Of a DNA stretch of 64,000 bases, positions 57,116-64,000 are shown in pieces. This stretch comes from the human T2T-CHM13v2.0 reference genome, Homo sapiens. The notes beneath the pieces are model-generated. The model ran no database searches, was not told the DNA's origin, and was given only the letters and a program-made list of their open reading frames with translations. The DNA lies in NCBI RefSeq assembly GCF_009914755.1, contig NC_060927.1; one strand, written 5' to 3'. The number at the start of each line of letters is the position of its first letter. The first letter of the stretch is position 1. Position numbers and translations under genes: made by a program.

Positions 57116-58917
57116 ACTTTATGTCCAATTGCTTGCAATGTAATTTCCAAATGTTTTCTTTTGGATCCTAAACTAGATAATCCCAGAGTCCCAGATCCTC
57201 ATAACAATGTTGAGTTCATACAGACGTTATGTTTATTGGAACCAACAATTATTCTCATTGCTCTGCAAAGGCCATAGATTCCTCCAACTAAAGCCTTGTG
57301 CAATTAGAGAGGGTTAACTTAATCCTCAAATTCTCATTTAAAGCAAGTTATTTCTCACTAAACAATTGCAAATTTGAAGAAATCTTAAATTGCTTTTCTT
57401 AAAGAAAAGTATCAAGAGAGTGGGTTTGTTTCAGTGCCTTGTTCTCACAAAGAAGTGCTTAGAAGTAGCAATCATGAAACCAAACCTGTCAGATCAGACA
57501 TTTGTCTGCTCACTACCAATTGTCCATCACATGTGGCCTTCTTTTCTCCAGAGGATCATTGAAAAGATAGAGCCATAAGTCAGACATTAATTGGGGCTTA
57601 GTTCTCTTTGCTATTTTCAGTCTTAGCAGATGAATCCAGGGAATGTTACTCTGCATCCTACACAGAGCTGCCATGGTATACAGATCACCATTTCTGAAGC
57701 TTCCTAAGAGAGCAAGAAGCAAAAACATACCGGGAGGCAGAAGCATGCAGCAGCTTTGTGAATGAGGTCAGAATATGGTGCCTCATATGTTAGCAGCTTA
57801 GGTAACTACACTTAGATACTGTAATCACAAAGCTTGTATAAGTACATTCTCTTTGTCTCAACCTGGGACTGGCAGCAGCACCAGTGGTGTTTTTCTGATC
57901 CCAGTCTCATTGGATACTCAAGCAAATTTAAAAATTAACGCCACATATACCTTAATGAAGGATGTTTTTCAGTCTTAAACTAAAATAGCTGAATCTTGTT
58001 TTAAATAGTGGTTCTACTCTTATTCCTGGTTTGAGAGTGAAATTCTTTTTATTATAAAAAGGCTTTACTGCACTTTTTTCATTTAAAATAGGATTTTTTT
58101 AGAGCATGTATATAATCGTGTCCTATAGTATGTGTAGAAAGGAGAATTAAATTGACTTGAAACTCAATGTTTAAAACATTGTCCATAGAAGAGGATCATT
58201 CCCAGAATATTACATTAATAGTAAGGCAAAATTAGAAAATCAAACTCAGACTTGTGTTTAAATTCCATTTCTTCACAGGACTGTTGTGTGACCTGAAGAA
58301 AATACTACACATCTCAATCTCCATAATTGTAAAATATAGTTCAGTGCAGTAAAATGTTGATCAGGTTGATCAGTGGGAAATTTAAATATAATACATGCAA
58401 GACGTGTTGTACAATGTTAGCACATAATACACTCTTAATAGAATACAGCAATCACTAGGTCCTTGCTGTGTGTGTTGTTTTCAGGGCCTCTTTATCTCCA
58501 GTTCTCATTGGACTGTACTCAGTTGTTCCATTTCCTACTATAAAACTATCGCTGCTGAATTTGTGTTTAACTGTACATGGAAACTCCTTTCAACTGTAGG
58601 TAAGAATTATCTGTGTTTACCATGGGAACCAATTTGGTTTTCTTAAAGCAAGTATTAGTTCTACTGGTCAATAACCCCAGTTAATTTGTTGAGCAAGGAT
58701 GTTGGATGTATTGACTAAATCATGTCTTGGGGATATTTTTGCACCTGAAGTTTCCAGGCTCCTCTTGTTCCTAATTATTAGAGATTTCTGAGAGGTGGCT
58801 ATACATACACCTGGGAAATGAATAAAGTACTTTTATTTAAGGAGAAAGGTAACTTGGATCAAAATGAAAAGAGGATTAAAAACTTGACACGTTTCAATCA
58901 GTTAATCATAACTTGAT

Positions 58918-59016
58918 TTCCCTTCCCTTCCCTCCCCTCCCCACCCCTCCCCTCCCCTCCCCACCCCTCCCCTCCCCACCCCTCCCCTCCCCTTCCCTTC
59001 CCTCTCTCTCTCTCTC
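58918..59016. repeat. Pyrimidine-rich (CCCTT)/(CCCCT)/(CT) low-complexity repeat
   Basis: Direct reading. Confidence 0.9.
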
Positions 59017-60270
59017 AGTCAGATATTCTGACTTAACATAGCACTTTTCTCAAAAGTTTGAAATGGAAGTATCCATTAGAACATATTTTAAATTATCAAG
59101 AATATATAAAAAATTATTCCCCAGAAATATGATCTCATCATTCTTATTGCTCCAGTCTTGAACTCTTTACATCTCTACCTCAAATCACTGGAGTTGACAG
59201 AATCCTACTATATATTTCTTCATGCTTATTCTAGAAAACCTGAAAATAAAGATGCTGAAAAGAAAAGGAAATTAAACCATAATTTACAATCCACCATTGT
59301 GGATTTTATGTTTATTCTGCCAGTGTTTTTTCAACTCAATATAGTATGCGTATTCTACCCATCTGTTTTTAACGCAAAAAGAAGTTTAAAACACAGTGTG
59401 TTTTATTTTTCATTAAACATTGAAATGAAGGGTATCCTTAGCCACCACCCAGTTCAGGGAGCTCTCCAGCTGTGTCAGTTCATCTCCTGTCTACCCCCCA
59501 CGCTGCCCTCCACTGTTACACAGGGAGTCAGGAAACCAGTGCCATTTACTTTGGCTCACTAGTATCCTGGGGCATTTGGAGGAGGGGTATTGACCCGACG
59601 TAAATTCAGTGAGGACTGAGCAAAGACTTGCAGCCTATATGAGCTGCATTGTAGATAGATGGTCCCTGGAAGAAATGTTCACTGCAGATAAGGTGAAGCT
59701 TTTACCTCATGTTTTCTAAAGAACCATTACTTTCATCTCTTAGTATAGTACAAACATCAGGAAGGGCTGGTGACGATGCTGTAGAGACTTATTTGCCAAG
59801 CAGCTTTGGGTATTCCAGGGAACATTCCCCTCCTTTTTAACATGACACCTTTTTTTAGTTCACCTCTTTGCACGTCCATCACATTCCCGTATTTTCTAGT
59901 CCCTTGAAAGACACTTTCCATATTGATTAGAGTCTGGAATGTTGTGCTGATTTGAGCAAACAGTGAAAAGCCGTCAGGTGTTTTTAATCGGGATCCTGTA
60001 TTGTCAAAGGTTGTTGGCAGTAGCATGGGAGGAAGACTAGAGGCAGGAAGAATACTTTGGAAAAGTGGGCAAGAGATGACTGAAACCGAACAAAACAGTA
60101 GCAAATATAATAAAGTGGAGGGGTAACTTGGAGCTTTCTGGTAGATTCAGTTAGGACTGAATTACTGCCCCACTCTTTCTGCTGAAGAAATGAGTGTCCC
60201 TTCACCCAGCCACAATTCATAGCAGCCTTGTTTACTCACCTGCAGCTCTTTCCCCACTCCCACCCCAATA

Positions 60271-60276
<6 letters not shown>

Positions 60277-60315
<39 letters not shown>
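60277..60315. repeat. (TG)19 microsatellite
   Basis: Direct reading. Confidence 0.95.
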
Positions 60316-60318
<3 letters not shown>

Positions 60319-60866
60319 CATGTATGTATTTTCTCTGGACTAATTTCTAAAAACTGGCAAGCCTGTTATTTTATCATTAAGTAGCACTGAGACAATGGTT
60401 GTAGAGAACAAGACTCATCAGACTTAATGTGAACTAGGAGGAACACCTGGAAATGTTTAGGTCACATAACCCTGATGCTCTTAACCCTTGGGATATTATG
60501 TTATTGTTGCTATAATTTCAAAAAGTAAAGATGTTATGTATTTATCATTAAAAATTTATTCAAAATCCTGCTTGATATTAGAAACAAGAGAACATCAAAT
60601 GTGTCCATATCTCACTTTGACCTATTGTGTTATATTGAGCAATGCACTATTTCCCATCATGACAGCACAGTCATTAAAGAGAGTGGGACCACTCACAACT
60701 CAGTTTTCCTTATACCTGCACCTCCTTGTATTAAGTTATTAAACCATGAACCCATACTAGAAACATTATTATTAGTTAGCTATTATGAGTTTTTATCTAT
60801 TGACAAATATATTTTAGTGCTGTCTGGAAAGCATATGAGTTCTCTAATAATTATAAATATTAGCAA

Positions 60867-61720
60867 AAATTAGTACAGCTACTATGAAGAAAAGTATGGA
60901 ATGGTCTTCAAAAACCCACAGATAAAACTTCCATATAATCCAGCAATTCCATTACCATGTATATATCCCAAAGAAAGGAAATCAATATATTAAAGAGATA
61001 TCTGCATTCCTGTATTTATTGCAGCACTATTCACAATATCCAAGTTATGGAATCAACCTAAGTGCCCATCAAGGTATGGATAAAGTGTGATATATATACA
61101 TAATGGAATATTATTTGGCCATAAAAAATGAAGTTCTGTCATTTGCAGAAGAAACATTGATAGAACTGGAGGCCCTTATGTTGAGTGACAGAAGTCAAGC
61201 ACAGAAAGACAAATATTGCATGTTCTCATTCATAATTGAGAGCTAAAAAAGTGGCTCTTATGAAGATAGAGGGTAGACTGTTGGTTACCCTAGACTAGGA
61301 AGGGGAGGCAGGGGGATGAAGGGAAAAATATCTATAAAGATATTTATTACCACTGAACTGTATATTTAAAAATGGTAAAGATGGGCTGTGCATGGTGGCT
61401 TATGCCTGTAATTCAAGTGCTTTGAGAGGCCAAGGTGGCAGGATCCCTTGAACACCGGAGTTTGAGACCAGCGTGGGAAACATAGGGAGATCCCCATCTC
61501 TACAGAAAAATTTAAAACTAGCCAGGCGTGGTGGTGCACGTCTGTAGTCCTAGCTACTTGGGAGGCTGAGGTGGCAGGATTGTTTGACTCTAAAGTAGGC
61601 TGTGATCATGCCACTGCACTCCTACCTGTGTGATAGAGTAAGACTTTCTCTTAAAAAACAAAAAGGCACAGGTGGTAAACTATGTATGTATGTTTTACCT
61701 CAATAAAAAGAAATACACAA
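60867..61720 (+). mobile_element. 5'-truncated L1MA-type 3' end, interrupted by an AluJ
   Basis: atttattgcagcactattcacaat...aatcaacctaagtgcccatca; AATAAA and tail; perfect 12-bp TSD aaatattagcaa (60855-60866 / 61721-61732). Confidence 0.88.
61384..61665 (+). mobile_element. AluJ-like
   Basis: Two degenerate arms, central A-rich linker, short tail. Confidence 0.88.
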
Positions 61721-62484
61721 AAATATTAGCAAGTCAAATTATCCTGCATCCTTGTTTCCCAATCAAGAAAAAGAAAGTACCAAAATGGAGACAAGGGACA
61801 TTCCACCAGATTTAAGCTTTTGTGTAACTATTCAATTCCAAAAATAGATTTTTCCATATAAGGTAAAAACCTTGTTTTCTCTCCACAATTGTATTTATCC
61901 ATAGAAATTAAAGGTGTCATTAACCTAAATCCTGTCAGAGCCTCATCTGTGTTGACACTCTCCAACCCACATGGTAATTACTGCTGCTATATAAAGAAGG
62001 AGTTAAAATTCTCATGAAATGTCTGCCCTCTGACTCTGCTCTTATCATTCACATCTCTGAATTTGAGGCTGTGGGACTTGCAGCCTCCCACCTTAACCCT
62101 AAGAGAGATTTGTTGCACTGGGCCTGAATTGCTCTTGACTGAAAGAGTTGATCATTGTGCCCACAGGTAAGAGAGGAAGAGCCAGATCCTGGAGAATAGT
62201 CTTGAATTATTGCATTCATAAGAGGTGAAAGGTGTCATTAGAAATGCAGGGTGGAGGGCTTGCTGGAAAGATTTAGGAAAGCAGAGAAGCAAAGGATAAG
62301 CGAGCATGCTAAGTATAAAGAGTCTTGCATTGAACATGATTGGTAGCTTTTGGCATCTATTATCTTTCTAGAAGATAATGCAGTTGGTATATGCTTTGTG
62401 TTCTTCTAAAATTGAGAAAGAAAAGCATAAATATACCTGAATATTCGTAAGATTATTGGTGTGGATAAATCTGGAGGGACAGTT

Positions 62485-62696
62485 GAAAGGAAAAAAGGAA
62501 GGAGGGAGGGAAGGAGGGAGGGAAGGAGGGAGAGATGGAGGGAGAAAGGCAGGCAGGAAGGAAGGAAAGGGAAGGGAAGGAAGGAAGGAGGGAAATGAGG
62601 AAGGGAGGGAGGGAGGGAAGGAACAAAGGAAGGAGGGAAATAAGGGAGGAAGGGAGGGAGGGAGGGAGGAGGAAGGGAGGGAGGGAAGGAAGGAAA
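62485..62696. repeat. ~210-bp purine-rich (GGAA/GGGA)n tract
   Basis: Direct reading. Confidence 0.92.
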
Positions 62697-64000
62697 TAGT
62701 TTTTATGCCCTTTACACTGTTTCTCTCATAAACTTTTTTGTCATATAGGCACTAGGAAGGTAGACATCAGCCTAGTTCATGTAAAATCATTCCAAAGCTT
62801 GAATTTAGAAAGATCCAAAGTAATGAAGTTTTATTGAATTTATAAAATGTTAGTGATCACATCACTGTAACTTAAAAGACAAATCTCAAAGTAAACTTTC
62901 AGTTATTCCAGAATATAATGTGAAATGATGGCTGTGCCTCAAGGGCTGATCAGTGAATATTGCCATATCAACAGCTGTTTCCTTGGTTTTCACCTCATGT
63001 GGTTTTGGCTCTTTCCAAAATATATTGGTGCACCTATGCAAAGGCTCTTTGGAGACAGTAATGATACTTGTCTGAGTACACAGATAGAAGATTTTCAGGA
63101 AAATTAATAGCCTCGGTTATGATTTGGTGATGTTCTTGCAAGGTAATTGACAGAGAGGTGCTTTAAAATGTCAACCAAAATGTCAGATTTCATACCGTTC
63201 TTTGTGTCCCCACTATTACTTTCTCTAAGGTCTGATTATTAGTTTAGCCTGATGGCTCTTTTTGTTTCTATCATAGCTACAGCATTGAAAAAGGCTCCCA
63301 GTCTGAAATGGTGACCATAGATAAAATTTCAATTAAGAACCATTCTGGGATGACGAGGATAGCAGTGTTTGGCTATGGGTATGGCTCATTTATGAGGCTT
63401 CTCCATGAATCACAAACACTTGAGTTGATTTATTGTCTCAGCATTTTTGGGGTCACTGTATTCACTACTGGAGTGAAGGATGTGACAATGTTACAATGAA
63501 GGGAACCAAGTTCCAGATGGGTTAATCGACTTCCCTATCGTTTCATGGCTAGTTAGTATTAGAACCATGGTTAGATCCCAGGTCTTCTAGAGCCTGGTAA
63601 TGAGCTATTGAAATGAGATTGCCATGGCATAGATATTGGGGCAGATGAATGAAATGGGATGCCATAGGGCTAAAAAAAAAAAAAAATAAGGAGGAAATCA
63701 TGACTCTAAAACTATTGGGAGAATACAGAGGAACGAGCATATTTTATATTCCATGTGTAACTTATGAGAGCAGCACATCATACATCATCCAACCATTCTT
63801 TTAAACAAATACAGCAGCAGCTACGATAAAATAAGACTTTTATATCAGATGGCTCCTAAATATAAATTAGTGGCTTCACCTGGTGTTTAACTGCAGAAAA
63901 AAATGATAGATCCCAAGGCTGGATGAATACATAGCTGTGTTGGAAATTATGAGGTCTAATACAGTGTATGCAAGACAACTCAAAATATCAGGGATATTTC

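Noticed and set aside
59158-60220. 134-, 115- and 78-aa ORFs
   Set aside because: No recognisable homology, coding bias or exon structure; expected by chance.
62456-62731. 91-aa G/R/E/K-rich ORF
   Set aside because: Translation of a purine simple repeat.

Overview
AT-rich primate (very likely human) genomic DNA that is almost entirely intronic. The only coding sequence I can support is one 234-nt internal exon (37739-37972, + strand). It encodes most of the N-terminal PAS domain of the EAG/ELK-family voltage-gated K+ channel KCNH8 (Kv12.1), so the window is the distal part of intron 1, exon 2 and the proximal part of intron 2. The rest is interspersed repeats (7 Alus, L1, L2, MIR, MaLR/ERVL LTRs, an antisense LTR12C solo LTR nested in a MER6 DNA transposon, hAT MERs) and microsatellites. 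I found no evidence of a new multi-gene system. The most notable observations are: (1) a small L1 insertion combining a twin-primed 5' inversion with an apparent 3' transduction, bounded by a TSD; (2) a 41-bp copy of sequence from 1.6 kb upstream templated into an Alu; (3) a CpG-rich LTR12C with its enhancer array collapsed, positioned as an antisense promoter; (4) a perfect 23-bp inverted repeat with a template-switch signature and a perfect 16-bp palindrome near exon 2; (5) splicing hypotheses (symmetric PAS exon or circRNA, a recursive-splice motif, an Alu poison exon). Repeat subfamily names come from recalled consensus sequences, and boundaries of old repeats are approximate.
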